This document shows, one piece after another, positions 9,924 to 21,180 of a DNA stretch of 64,000 bases. The translations under genes and the position numbers were made by a program. The notes beneath the pieces are model-generated. The model saw nothing but the letters and a program-made list of their open reading frames with translations. It did not search any database and had not been told where the DNA came from. Source of the DNA: Candidatus Marinacidobacterales bacterium (GTDB lineage: Bacteria > Acidobacteriota > Vicinamibacteria > Marinacidobacterales > DATDRI01); the NCBI GenBank assembly GCA_965219415.1, contig OZ244742.1:544001-608000 (forward strand), read 5' to 3'. How positions within the stretch are numbered: the stretch's first letter is position 1; each line of letters starts with the position of its first letter.

Positions 9924-12172
9924 TCAGAACCGCACGGAAAAGCTCAGATAGAACTGTCCCTTCGACTCGTTCGGCAAGGGATCGAGGTTGAAGCCGTAGC
10001 CAAAGCGGAAGGGGATATTCCAAACGGGGATGCGAATTTGCGCCTCCGCCCCCGCGTCGAAGCGTAGCAATGGCTGTTCTTCGCCTTCGAAGTCGCTGGT
10101 ATAGACGTTGCCGAGGTCGAAAAAACCTACCAGACGAAGCCTCCGGTGGATCGCGTACTGATACTCGGCGCCGGCGTAAAGAAGTTGTTCTCCTCCGACG
10201 ACGACGTCTTCCGTTCGAGGGCCGACCCCTCGTACGGGAAAGCCGCGCATATCGTTCTCCCCTCCCAGGAAGAGTCTCTCGAAACGAGGAAGTCCTTCCG
10301 CCTCGGTGGTACCGAACGGCCATACGGCTCGGGCTCGACCGGATAGTGCGACCAGGTGCCGACGACTACCGTCCAACGGCTGAAGATGATTGACCTGGCC
10401 GCCGGCGCCGAAGAGCTCTACGTCGCCTCCTAGAACCCCCTCGACAAATTCCGTCCTCATCTGGGCCGAGGTCCCTCGAGTCGCAAATACCGGAGCGTCA
10501 CGTCCATCGAAGCCAACCGCCCACTCGACACGATGAGTCCGGAACCGCTCGCCCACGAACGGAGTCAAAAATGGAACGAACTCATCGAGCTCCGAATCGA
10601 GTGTAAATTGGGAAAAAGCCAAACCAAATCGATGCTGGAGTCGACGTACCGCCGGGCCGGTCGCTCGAATTCTGAGATCATAGGAATCCTCGGAGGTCTG
10701 GTCGGGAAACTCGAGGGAGAAGCGTGTGAAATCCACGGCCAGGGAAAACGCCCGGCCGAGCGTGAACGGATCCAAGTAGCCCACCGCGAAATTCTGGAAG
10801 CGATTTCCCAGATCGACCTCGGCCCGGAACGTTTCGCCCCGGCCCAGGAGACTCCGCGTGAGGAACTGACCAGTGCCCGTCGCCCCCTGGATTGGGTTCG
10901 CATTGCCCCCGATCAAGTACTCGAACGTCGGGATCTCGTCGAGGTGGAACGCAATCTCGGCCGTCAACAACGCGGAGACCAGTTTGACCTCGGGCTGCAC
11001 GGAGCGAAAGCTTGCGAGCCGCATCAAGGACTGTGCGCTGGCCTCGAGTCCGCGCGGCGTGAATGGCTCTCCTTCCGCCAGGACGAGATACTGGCGCAGA
11101 TCCTGATCCCGGTACCGGCTATTGCCCGTGAAACTCGATCCGCCCTACGCGATACATGGGGCCTACGGTCACATCGAGACTGAGATGAACGCCGACGGGT
11201 TTGCGCCTCCACCCGTTCGTCTCGTTCCACTCGAACCAACGCGTAACCCCGATCCCGGTAATACTCCTCGATGCGCCGAACCACCCGATCGATGGCGGTG
11301 GCATCGTAAACGTCACCCCCGGACATCGAGATCCACTCCAGAACGTTTTCTTCCGTCAAGAGAAGGCCGGTAGCAACGGCTATTTGGCCGAGCTCGTAAC
11401 GCTCTCCCTCGTTGATGGGGATGACGATCGACACGCGACCGGGCTCTATCTGTTTGGTCAGCACAGGTCCGACGTGCACTCGCAAGTACCCCTGGCGGCG
11501 ATAGAAAGAGCGGGTTCGCTCGACGTCCGCGTCGAGCTCTTCCGAGCGCAGGCGATCCTTTCGCGTGAGCCAGCTTTTCCAATCAGAAGGACGTAGCTGC
11601 ATGGCGCCCCGGAGCGCCGCATCGTCCTGCTCGCGGTTTCCCCGGAATTCGATGCGGGCGACCCGAACCATGATGCGCCGCGAGACATCGAGAACCAGGT
11701 CGATTCGGTTCCCCTCCGCCGGCTCGAGCTCCGCCGATACGTGGAAGGAATCTCCGAGGAAACGACCGAGCACCTTGGCGGCCCTTGCAGCATCAGTCTC
11801 ATTGAAGAAGCTTCCCGGGCGCAGGTCGACGCCTCGCTCTCGAACCTCTTCCACGAGATCCGAGTCGGTCTCGGGGTCTCCCCGGATACTTACCGAGCGC
11901 AGCAGGGGTTTTTCTTCGACCTCTACGACCAACCGAACGCCACCCGATGCATCCTCGGTGCCGAAGCGGATGTCTTCGAAAAACCCCGTGTCCCACAGGC
12001 GGCGAAGGGCGTCTCGAAACTCCGTCGGGCTGGGAGCCTTTCCTCTGAGTGGACCCACGTACGCCATGATCGTCTCGGCAGGCACGTGCAGGTTTCCAAT
12101 GACTTCGATACCGACTACCGGCTGCTGGGGAGAGCCCCATAAGAGCGCGACGATGCTGAACGGAAGCAGCAT
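9924..12172 (-). CDS. BamA/Omp85-family outer-membrane protein (about 5 POTRA domains + barrel); frameshifted around 11120-11200
   Basis: Signal peptide; POTRA repeats (IEVIGN, LWDTGFFEDI, IEFRGN, INEGERY); barrel motif FLGGENDMRGF; C-terminal Phe. Confidence 0.85.
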
Positions 12173-12334
12173 TTGCCTCAGGCCACGGGTTTGGAACGGG
12201 GGCTCCCCCTAGACTACCTTAAAGGACGTCCTCGGCTAGTGCCCTAGTGGTCAGGCTTGGAGGGTTATTTGGCTTCGCCCCACGAAACGCGGTAGACTTA
12301 GTCAACCCAATCCAGTCTAATCCGGGAGAATCCA

Positions 12335-12724
12335 GTGACTTTTTCCGCAGACAATGGCGCTAACCCGAGCGCACGAAGAAGATACCGTTTTGAAGCCAAG
12401 GAGCCGATTCCGGTGCTGGTACAGACGGCCGGCAGCTGGCAACCGGGACACGTCCACAACCTCAGCCCTCGAGGCGCGTTCGTGACGCTGGACGCCGACG
12501 TTTGGGTCGGCGAAGAGGTCACGATGGTCCTGGGCTTGCCGACCAACGCGGGAGGCCGCTTGAGTCTACGCGGCCTCACGGTCTGGCGAAATCCGTCTTC
12601 AGAGATGCCAGGCTACGGTCTGATGATTCGCGATGAACCCGATCGTGACTCGAGTCTTCAGCAGGCGATCGGTCGATTGTCTCAAAGTGGTTTGCTGTTC
12701 GATACCGAGAAGGGACTAGGGTAA
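12335..12724 (+). CDS. PilZ-domain protein
   Basis: RRRYR (RxxxR) and NLSPRG (D/NxSxxG) c-di-GMP-binding motifs. Confidence 0.8.
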   Translation: MTFSADNGANPSARRRYRFEAKEPIPVLVQTAGSWQPGHVHNLSPRGAFVTLDADVWVGEEVTMVLGLPTNAGGRLSLRGLTVWRNPSSEMPGYGLMIRDEPDRDSSLQQAIGRLSQSGLLFDTEKGLG

Positions 12725-12742
12725 AACCCCCGATGGGTACCC

Positions 12743-13767
12743 ATGAGCACCGAAGTCATCGTCTTTTCCGATCTGCACTTCGGAGATCCCCGCTCTTTAC
12801 TTCATAGCTCCCGCCATCTCGAGAAACTTCTCGCGATCGCTCGTGCGCATCGGCCGATCCGTCGCTTCGTCCTTCTCGGGGACATCCTCGATCTCCAGAT
12901 CGGCAATTGGTCGATAGCCATCGAGGGCATTCCCGAGGGAACCGGTGGACGCCGTTCGGTAGGTTTTCGCAGATTCCTGAACGAGTTAGTCCGCGAGACC
13001 GAGGCACGCCAAGTTCATTACATCCCCGGGAACCACGACTACCGAGTCTTCGACTACCTATCCGTCGAACGTTACCTAATGGCCAGAGTCGCTACCGGGA
13101 AGCGATTGCACGGCAAGGTGAGCTTCTATCGTCACTGGCCAACACCGTTCCTACGCGGCATACTTGCCGACGGTGACGTTTCCTTCGAAGTTCGGTACCC
13201 GCACCTCGAGCTTCGCCTCGCAGGTCATCGGCTGGTTCTGGGCCACGGGCATTATCTCGACGCAAGCCAAGGTCTAGGCATCGACGCGCGCCGCGCTTTC
13301 GACAAGGTCGATCCTAAAGACGCCAAGGCAGTGACCAAGGCCCGCCAATATTTCTTTCGACGAGTCGGGCTCTACCAAAGCATCGTGGACGGCGGCGCCG
13401 TGAACTATCAGGTCAAACAGGGAATCTATCGACGTGCGGTCGGTGCGGTTCACGCCATCACCAAGCTCAACGAGTTGACCGGAGCCAAGGCCCGGGGCCG
13501 CCCCATCGATCGCGGTCTCAAACAAAACATCCTAGCCTACACCCGGTTCTGTTGCCGAGGACGCAAAGTGGATGGTTTCGTCTTCGGCCACACGCATCGA
13601 GCCGGCGAGGCTGCCATCGCCCTCGCGAACAGGCACTAAGGGTCTGGAACTGCGGCACGTTTCTCGACGAGAAAGGCGCCAAGGGAAAAGTTGGGAGCTT
13701 CCTCTTGCTCTCGTCGAAGAAAGACGTCCCGCTCTCGGAATTGGTACAGACGATGTGGTTGGACTGA
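12743..13767 (+). CDS. Calcineurin-like metallophosphoesterase; frameshift near 13637
   Basis: SDLHFG, LGDILD, PGNHD, GHGH, FGHTH; continues as VWNCGTF in the 13552..13767 frame. Confidence 0.85.
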
Positions 13768-13769
13768 GT

Positions 13770-15140
13770 CTACTTGATGTGGGTGGCGAGAAAGTCGATG
13801 AGGTCGATCTTGGCCACGATGCCCACGACATCTTGTTCGTCCAAAACGACGGCGACGTGACCCCGGGCAAAGATCTCTGCCAGGGCCTCGAGTGAGGTGC
13901 GCGGCCCAACGAGTTCCATGTGCTCGGTCGTCACCAGCGGGGCGATGGTCTCGTCTTTCTGGTGGGGCGCCCCATGTACCATGTGATTCAAAAGATCGAC
14001 CTCGGTGATCATCCCCTTGAGGTCGCCCCTATCCACCACCGGAACCTGCGAGATATTGTGTTTCTTCATGGTGCGAATGACTTCCATCATCCGATCGTGC
14101 GGGGACACGACGATGACCTTGCTCAGTCGCTTGATTCTCAGGATGTCTTGAACCGTCCCCTCCACCAGATCGGACTCCAAGAATCGGTTCTGCCGCATCC
14201 AGTCGTCGTTGAAGAACTTGGACAGATAGCGCGAGCCGGAGTCGGGAAGCACCACCACCACCATCTTCCCTGCCGGCAAGCCTTTGGAATAGCGCAGCGC
14301 CGCCGCCACCGCCGTTCCCGCCGACCCACCGACGAACATGGCTTCCTCCCTCATGAGGCGACGCGCCATCAGGAAGGACTCCCGGTCGCTCACCTGAACG
14401 ACATCGTCCACCACGTCGAAGTCCATCGTGGAGGGTAAGAAGTCCTCCCCCACGCCTTCGACCTTGTAAGTGTGCGCCGCACCCAGTTTCCCGGTCTTGA
14501 AATACTCGTAGTACAAGGAGCCCACCGGATCGGCACCAACGATCTCGACCTCGGGGTTCTGTTCCTTCAAGTATTTCCCGGTGCCACTGATCGTACCGCC
14601 GGTGCCCATGCCCACGACCAGGACATCGAGCTTGCCTCCAGTCTGCCTCCAGATCTCGGGACCCGTCGTGTGGTAGTGCACCTGTGGGTTCACCGGATTG
14701 TGATACTGGTTCGCGTAGACGGCGTTGGGCGTCTCGTCCGCGATCTTGCGGGAAACCGCGTAGTAGCTACGCGGATCCTCGGGCTCGACCGCGGTCGGCG
14801 TGATGACCACTCGGGCACCAAAAGATTGCAGCAGCCGGATTTTCTCGTCACTCATCTTATCCGGCATGACGAAGACGCACTTGTATCCCTTGATGGCCGC
14901 GCCAATCGCCAATCCCACGCCGGTGTTCCCCGACGTGGCCTCCACGATAGTGCCGCCGGGTCGGAGGTCACCGCGACGCTCGGCCTCCTCGATAATCGCC
15001 ATGCCGATGCGATCCTTGACCGAGCCCCCGGGATTCAAGAACTCCGCTTTCGCAAGAAGAGTGGCCTTTATGCCACGAGTGACCGAGTTGAGTTGGACAA
15101 GCGGTGTATTACCGATCGTCGCCAGGATGTTGTTGCACAT
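13770..15140 (-). CDS. cbs: Cystathionine beta-synthase with C-terminal CBS pair
   Basis: IGNTPLV, NPGGSVKDR (PLP Lys), EATSGNTG, GMGTGGT, PDSGSRYLSK, tandem CBS domains. Start placed at MCNN; the longer ORF extension is spurious. Confidence 0.92.
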   Translation of the reverse strand: MCNNILATIGNTPLVQLNSVTRGIKATLLAKAEFLNPGGSVKDRIGMAIIEEAERRGDLRPGGTIVEATSGNTGVGLAIGAAIKGYKCVFVMPDKMSDEKIRLLQSFGARVVITPTAVEPEDPRSYYAVSRKIADETPNAVYANQYHNPVNPQVHYHTTGPEIWRQTGGKLDVLVVGMGTGGTISGTGKYLKEQNPEVEIVGADPVGSLYYEYFKTGKLGAAHTYKVEGVGEDFLPSTMDFDVVDDVVQVSDRESFLMARRLMREEAMFVGGSAGTAVAAALRYSKGLPAGKMVVVVLPDSGSRYLSKFFNDDWMRQNRFLESDLVEGTVQDILRIKRLSKVIVVSPHDRMMEVIRTMKKHNISQVPVVDRGDLKGMITEVDLLNHMVHGAPHQKDETIAPLVTTEHMELVGPRTSLEALAEIFARGHVAVVLDEQDVVGIVAKIDLIDFLATHIK

Positions 15141-15284
15141 GTCCGCCTGGGCAGGAGATCCGGCTGGCTTGGTCGGCGTTTTAGTCTTCGTTTTCGTCTT
15201 CAAGGGCGGCTTATCGACTTTCGATCCATGATAGGACCAGCCCCGCGGGAAGTCAACGAGGGCCGTTCTCGAAAAGGCACCAAG

Positions 15285-15913
15285 ATGATCATCTGGTCGC
15301 TCGGCGCCATTGTCGCACTCAACAACGCCGGATACGACGTCGGAGCCTTGATCGCTGGACTCGGCATCGGCGGTCTGGCCTTGGCGATGGCGGCTAAGGA
15401 TACGGTCTCTAACATCTTCGGTGGCTATACGATCTTTTCCGACCGTCCTTTTACGCTCAACGACCGCGTCAAGGTTTCCGGCTACGACGGCTTCATTCGG
15501 GAGATCGGAGTCCGAAGCACTCGACTGGAAACCCTGGAAGGTCGTGTCGTCACCCCATTCCGAACTCGACGTTCTCGGACTCCCCGGTCGAAAACGTGAG
15601 CGCGGAGCCCTCGAGGAAGGTCGTCTTGAACCTCGGCCTGACCTATGACACGACAACGGAACAGATGAGCCAGGCGATGACTCTGCTGAAGGCGATCGCA
15701 GCCAAGAACGAAAACCTCGAGGAAAAGGTACTCACGTCCTTCAACGCCTTCGGAGATTTCGCGATGAACATTCTATTCATTTACTACATCAAGCCGGATA
15801 GCGACATCTCGGGCACGACGACGGATGTGAATATGGCGATCCTAACGGAGTTCAACCAGGCCGGGCTCGACTTTGCCTTTCCAACCCAGACGCTTTACAC
15901 GAAAAGGCTCTGA
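15285..15913 (+). pseudogene. MscS-family mechanosensitive channel, N-terminally truncated and frameshifted (~15557)
   Basis: ALIAGLGIGGLALAMAAKDTVSNIFGG, DRPFTLNDRV, IGVRSTRL, LDFAFPTQT; no upstream membrane region. Confidence 0.8.
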
Positions 15914-15961
15914 TCTCGCGCGGGAGTCGCCGTATAACGGATGGGCTATACTGGAGCCCAA

Positions 15962-16696
15962 ATGCGCATCGTCGTCGTGATACCGGCGCTCGACGAAGAA
16001 CGATCCCTGCCTTCGGTTTTGGCGGACATACCGCACCCGTTGGTCGATGAGGTCGTTGTCGTCGACAACGGGAGTCGCGATCGCACCGCGGATGTTGCGC
16101 GCGCCGGTGGCGCGACGCTGGTCCCGGAGCCAAGGCAAGGCTACGGGCAGGCTTGTTTGACCGGCATCGCGGCACTGAATTCCAATCCACCCGACGTCGT
16201 CGTCTTTGTGGACGCCGACTATAGCGACCGCCCTTCGGAGCTTCCCCAGCTGATCGATCCAATCCTCACCGATCAGGCAGACATGGTCGTCGGCTCGCGG
16301 GTTTTGGGAGAACGGGAGCCAGGCGCACTAGCACCGCACGCACGTTGGGGGAATTGGCTGGCCACCTGGCTGATCCGTCTACTCTATGGAGTTCGGTTCA
16401 CCGATCTCGGGCCGTTTCGCGCCATACGCTACTCGACTCTGCTCGCCCTAGGAATGAAGGATCGGGATTACGGATGGACCGCAGAAATGCAGGCCAAGGC
16501 GGCGCGAGCCGGTGTGCGTTCGACGGAAGCTCCGGTCAGCTATCACCGTCGCATCGGCCGCTCCAAGATCACCGGCACCGTAAAAGGAACGGTCCTGGCC
16601 GGCTGGAAGATCATCACTACGATTCTTCGCTGTCGTCTCACTTCCGTTCCAGACGCCGCCGGCCTCCATGAGGGCGCACCGCTTCTCCGACGTTGA
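15962..16696 (+). CDS. Glycosyltransferase family 2
   Basis: VVIPALDEE, VVDNGSRD, GYGQAC, DADYSD, FTDLGPFRAI. Confidence 0.93.
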   Translation: MRIVVVIPALDEERSLPSVLADIPHPLVDEVVVVDNGSRDRTADVARAGGATLVPEPRQGYGQACLTGIAALNSNPPDVVVFVDADYSDRPSELPQLIDPILTDQADMVVGSRVLGEREPGALAPHARWGNWLATWLIRLLYGVRFTDLGPFRAIRYSTLLALGMKDRDYGWTAEMQAKAARAGVRSTEAPVSYHRRIGRSKITGTVKGTVLAGWKIITTILRCRLTSVPDAAGLHEGAPLLRR

Positions 16697-16697
16697 C

Positions 16698-18113
16698 ATG
16701 CGGCGCACCAAGATCATCGCCACCCTCGGTCCGGCTTCCTACCAGGCCAACGTCATCGAGCGTCTCATGGAAAGCGGCGTGAACGTTTTTCGGCTCAATT
16801 TCTCTCACGGGACCCACCGGCAACACCAAGAAACCCTCGAAACCGTGCGTCGGATCGCGAAACGGCTCGGCCAGGCGGTCGCGTGTCTACAAGACCTCTC
16901 CGGTCCTAAGATTCGAACCGGCGATGTTTCGGACAAGAAGGGCGTCCTCCTGAAGGAGGGTGCTACTTTAACGCTGACGACGGAGGCCATGGTTGGAACC
17001 ACCGAGCGTGTCTCCACGACTTACCGGCATCTTCCTCAGGATGTTCAACCGGGCAAGCGCATCCTCCTCGACGATGGTCTCATCGAATTGGAGGTAGAAG
17101 CCGTCTCTGGTGGGGAAGTGAAGACCAAGGTCGTGAGCGGCGGCCGTTTGAAGTCGAAAAAGGGCATCAATCTGCCGGGGGTGCGACTCTCCGTTCCTTC
17201 CTTGACTCAAAAGGATCGGGATGACCTCGAATTTGGATTGTCGCTCGACGTGGACTTCGTGGCCCAATCCTTTGTCAGAAGCAAGAAGGACGTGGAAGCA
17301 CTGGGTAGCCTCTTGCAGGAACGGGGGCGCGCCGACATGCCGGTCATTGCGAAGATAGAAAAACCGAGTGCGGTCGATAATCTATCCGACATTCTCGATG
17401 TCGCCCAGGGGGTCATGGTGGCGCGCGGTGATCTCGGAGTCGAGCTCCCGACCGAGCGCGTACCCATGCTTCAAAAGGAGATTATCCACGCCGCGAATGA
17501 GAGGGGGCGGACCGTCATTACCGCAACCCAAATGCTGGAGTCGATGGTGGACCATCACCGTCCGACCAGGGCGGAGGCTACCGACGTCGCCAACGCGATC
17601 TTGGACGGGACCGACGCGCTCATGCTCTCCGCCGAGACCGCATCTGGTAAGTATCCCGTCGAGTCCGTGGCAACCATGGCGCGCATTGCCGAGTACACCG
17701 AGAAAAGCTTGGGGCCACGCCGTCGACGCTCCGACTTCAACACTCTCGAAGGGTCTCCGGTTGCAAGGGCCGTTGCGGTCGGTGCCTGCCGCGCAGCTGA
17801 ACAACTCGGAGCCCGTTACGTCGTCGTTTTCACCGAGTCCGGCTCCACGGCTCGGCTCGTCAGTTACTGCCGGCCGGAATCCGAGATCCTCGCCTTTACC
17901 CCCAATGAGCGCGTGTATCGCCAGCTCGCCATGACGTGGGGGGTTACCCCGGTGCGGGCCCAGCACTATGAAACGACCGACGCTATGCTGGAGTCGGGTA
18001 TGAAGCTTCTTTCGGCGATGGGCAGGGTTGATTCCGGCGACATCGCGATTCTGGTCTGTGGCACGACCACCATCGAGGGCGCCACCAATATGATGAAGAT
18101 ATATCGGTTCTGA
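16698..18113 (+). CDS. pyk: Pyruvate kinase
   Basis: RRTKIIATLGPAS, RLNFSHG, DLSGPKIR, IAKIEK, MVARGDLGVE, TATQMLESM, PTRAEATDVANA. Confidence 0.98.
   Translation: MRRTKIIATLGPASYQANVIERLMESGVNVFRLNFSHGTHRQHQETLETVRRIAKRLGQAVACLQDLSGPKIRTGDVSDKKGVLLKEGATLTLTTEAMVGTTERVSTTYRHLPQDVQPGKRILLDDGLIELEVEAVSGGEVKTKVVSGGRLKSKKGINLPGVRLSVPSLTQKDRDDLEFGLSLDVDFVAQSFVRSKKDVEALGSLLQERGRADMPVIAKIEKPSAVDNLSDILDVAQGVMVARGDLGVELPTERVPMLQKEIIHAANERGRTVITATQMLESMVDHHRPTRAEATDVANAILDGTDALMLSAETASGKYPVESVATMARIAEYTEKSLGPRRRRSDFNTLEGSPVARAVAVGACRAAEQLGARYVVVFTESGSTARLVSYCRPESEILAFTPNERVYRQLAMTWGVTPVRAQHYETTDAMLESGMKLLSAMGRVDSGDIAILVCGTTTIEGATNMMKIYRF
18092..18111 (+). repeat. attL-like direct repeat (3' end of pyk)
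   Basis: GATGAAGATATATCGGTTCT, repeated at 24651-24670 with one mismatch. Confidence 0.85.
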
Positions 18114-18181
18114 GCCGACCGAGCAGTAGGTGATTTCGACCTAGATGTAGCGATTGGAATCATGTTAAAGCCTGTACCTGC

Positions 18182-18213
18182 ATCATACCCGACGTGTTCT
18201 CGGGTCTTGTCAA
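18182..18213 (-). promoter_or_regulatory. Outward-facing TTGACA-N20-TATGAT promoter-like site with a spacer dyad
   Basis: Minus strand TTGACA (18213-18208), 20 bp spacer, TATGAT (18187-18182); ACCCGA-N7-TCGGGT dyad; AT-rich tract upstream. Confidence 0.5.
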
Positions 18214-18235
18214 GTCCTTTTTTTCACAAAAAAAT

Positions 18236-18865
18236 TCACTCGTCATTTTCCGTGATCCTATATTTCGTCAACTCCAGAGAGATGATACCCTGCTCTTCTT
18301 CTTTAGAAAGCCGTTCCGTGAGCGTTTTTAGGAAGTCGACGCCGAACCCGAGACCCTTGACGGCACACTTCCTGAGTTCTTCTAGAGAGTCGCCATAGAT
18401 ACGCGCCTGTTCCTTAAGGCCATCGCTGACGATCTTGTATTTTTCTTTCGCCAAGTCCGTCGCGTCGAGCTTTTCAATCACCTTGCGTCCAACCTCCGAT
18501 TGCGCCCTAGCGACGTCGTTGAGGGCTTCCACTATTTTGGCGTCCGGTAGTAGAAAGCCAGCTTTAACCGCCATCGCGTCCACATCTATAAAGAGTGGCT
18601 CTCTGGTTCGATCGAGGTTCTGAACGCTTTCCTCATCGTGAACAAGGTAAGAAGAACGGATCTGGCGAGTTAGGTTTTGTATTCGCACGAGAAGCTCGAC
18701 GGAATCGATATAGATGCTTCTTTTCAGTGTCCACCACTGCTGTTTCTTCCAAACCAGGAATGAGATCCATTGGCCCAGCAGCATCAAGAGCACAGCGCCT
18801 ACGATCGCGAAAATAAATTGATGCTGTTCAACGAACGTTTTTGCAGGCTCTTCTACCAGGGTCAA
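18236..18865 (-). CDS. Hypothetical protein with N-terminal transmembrane helix
   Basis: 209-aa ORF overlapping the integrase stop by 4 bp; hydrophobic FIFAIVGAVLLMLLGQWISFLVW. Confidence 0.65.
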   Translation of the reverse strand: MTLVEEPAKTFVEQHQFIFAIVGAVLLMLLGQWISFLVWKKQQWWTLKRSIYIDSVELLVRIQNLTRQIRSSYLVHDEESVQNLDRTREPLFIDVDAMAVKAGFLLPDAKIVEALNDVARAQSEVGRKVIEKLDATDLAKEKYKIVSDGLKEQARIYGDSLEELRKCAVKGLGFGVDFLKTLTERLSKEEEQGIISLELTKYRITENDE

Positions 18866-19979
18866 AACAGACTCCCCTCCAGCCGGTCGACCTCATCAAT
18901 CCGATCGGCGGTCGCTAGGTTGTGGAGCTGCGCGTACTTTCCGTACAGATCCAATGTGATCGTTATCACCTTGTGGCCAAGCTGGCGCTGAAGCCAGACC
19001 ATATCCGCTCCCTTCTCGAGGTGGATCCTAGCAAAGGAGTGGCGGAGCGACTTGGGTGTGTGGTGAATCGGTAGCTCGGCCTTCTCGAGGATCTTCTTGA
19101 AACGGTGCGGAAGCTCGCTCGGAAGGTAGTGCGTGCGTCGCCGATTTAGGAACAGCCACGGCGGCATTTCCGGCCAACCCTTGCCGATCTTCTCCTCGGA
19201 CCGCTGAGCCTTCCACCCTAGGAGCGCGGACTTGAGGCCGCTACTCATGTCGACGTAGCGATCATCTCCGGTTTTGGTGCAAATCACCTTGCTCGCGGCA
19301 GAACGTTCCACATGGATCCGCCGGTCTTTGAAGTCGATATCTGTCCACTGAAGCGCGGCCGCCTCGCCAGGCCGGAGTCCGGTTCGCGACATGAGATAGA
19401 AAAGGGGGAAGAGGTCCGGGTCGACTCTCTTTGCCGTCATCAAGAACTTGTTGACCTGGCTCTCCGTGAAGGACTTCACTTTCTCGGGTAGCGAGCTCTG
19501 CAACTTCCCAAGATTCATCCTCGAGGAAAGTTTGGTCGCCGGGTTCACGTGGATGAGCCCATCCTCCACGCCTGGTCGAAGATTTGAGTCAGAAGAAGGT
19601 TGAGCGCTTGAACCGAGCGCGGAGCCTGACCGGCCTCGAGTCGACTCGCCAGAAACTTACGCAACATGGAACGCTTCACGTCGCGGAGCCGGTAGTGGCC
19701 CAGCATAGCAACAATGTGCGCGTTCATCTTCGAATGATAGGTCCGATAGGTTTGCCGGCGGAACGTTGGTTTCTTGACCGCGAGCCACTGCATCGCGTAC
19801 TGGCCGAAGAGAGTTTTCGGGTCGACGCCGGGTTCGTCGTCGAGCTGCGCAATGAGCTCGTCCCTCTCCTTCTCTGAGTGGGTCGTGAGGTTGTGGCGAA
19901 CCTTGTTGATGTCGCGCCAGTGGACGATATAGACGTAGGCCTCAAGTTTCGGTCGCCATACCTTTGTCCACCCCGCCAC
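18862..19979 (-). CDS. Tyrosine recombinase/phage-type integrase; one frameshift at ~19567
   Basis: GTG start after a GGGAG SD-like site; arm-binding and core-binding region in frame 19545..20408; catalytic TGLRPGE, KTG, KSLRH, LGH, LYG. Confidence 0.9.
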
Positions 19980-19998
19980 GTGGTCTCTCCCTTTTCTA

Positions 19999-20857
19999 TG
20001 GAACGTAATCGTCGGAGATAATGCGACCGGCAAGACCACGCTTCTACGGGCACTGGCGATAGGCCTCTGCGACGCGTCGAGCGCAGCGGGACTCGTTCGC
20101 GAGCTGAAGGGTGGGCTGTGCCGGTCCAACTCAAAAGAAGGCGAGATCGTTATCGAATTACGCGAGCGTGAAAAGTCTCGGAGGTCTTGGACGATCAAGA
20201 CGATCCTTGAAGTGATTGAGAATACTGGCGAGCAGGTCACGCAAGAAGTCTTCTCAACGACGATCGATGACGTGTGCGGTGGAGCCAAGTCTATCGATAA
20301 CCGTAACTTTCCTTGGGAGAAGTTATTCGTCGTCGGGTACGGTCCAGGGCGAGCTGTCGAAGGCCGCGAGGAATACACCGAGTATCGGAACGTTGACGCC
20401 GTATACACCCTGTTCCGCTATGACCAGCCGCTCCAGAGCCCCGAACTCGCTTGGCGACGGTTGCAGTCAGCCGCAGCAGAGAAGGCAGCGCCGAGAAAGA
20501 AAGCGCTCGCGCAAGGGTCGATCTGCAAATCCAAGATTTGCTCAACGACGTTCTGGATCTTCAGCACGGTGAATTTGCGGAGCTGCGACCCAAAGGCATA
20601 TATCTCAAGAGAGTCGAGGGCACTCAACCGCTAAGCTCACATGCGGACGGGTATCGGTCTACAACAGCATGGGCGCTTGATTTGCTCGCATGGAGACTGC
20701 TTTTTAACCGCGGTCGTCTCGCCGATTCAATGGATGGTATCGTGTTGATAGACGAGCTTGAGCAGCATCTTCACCCTCGCTGGCAACGTTTTCTCGTCGC
20801 AAAGCTTGCTCGACAATTCCCAACGCTACAGTTCATAGCCCCAACGCACTCTGCGTT
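19999..20857 (+). pseudogene. ABC-type ATPase fragment (AAA_21/PtuA/AbiEii-like)
   Basis: Walker A VGDNATGKTTLL, YGPGR, signature-like SHADGYR, Walker B IDELEQHLHPRWQ, THS. No start codon, frameshift ~20500, cut by an IS remnant. Confidence 0.82.
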
Positions 20858-21060
20858 GGAGTCAAGCCCATTCTTAGTTGAAACTCTCCACGGCTCACGT
20901 TTAAGCGACCTTCTTCTTCGATACGGTTGATGTCTTCGCCTCGATCTTCAGTTCCCGCTTGAGAGCTTCGCGAAGCTTGGGAAGATGGCGGTAGCCCACC
21001 ACCTTCCTCAAGCGCGGTTCGATGTCTACGAGCGCCGTTGCCAACCAGCGCTGGCGTTGG
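20858..21060 (-). mobile_element. IS256-family remnant (transposase C-terminus and terminal IR)
   Basis: Translation QRQRWLATALVDIEPRLRKVVGYRHLPKLREAL...KKVA*, followed by TTCAACTAAGAATGGGCTTGACTCC. Confidence 0.75.
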
Positions 21061-21123
21061 CTTATGTGGTGGCCGCCTAACGTAAGTATTCTCCCTGAGG
21101 TAGGGGCAAATTAGGACACTACC
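21060..21123 (+). mobile_element. Possible second IS256-type right-end remnant
   Basis: ...YVVAA* followed by GGCAAATTAGGACACTACC, resembling IS256 right ends (pattern recognition only). Confidence 0.35.
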
Positions 21124-21180
21124 ACTGAAGGTCCTGTTATTTCGTGTCCCTCACACTCTGCGCCCGGACGGCAATTTTGG

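Noticed and set aside
15141-15656. Long N-terminal extension of cbs in the 628-aa ORF
   Set aside because: Mostly antisense to the MscS fragment; homology starts near MCNNIL. The KTKTKTKT stretch is too short to call a repeat.
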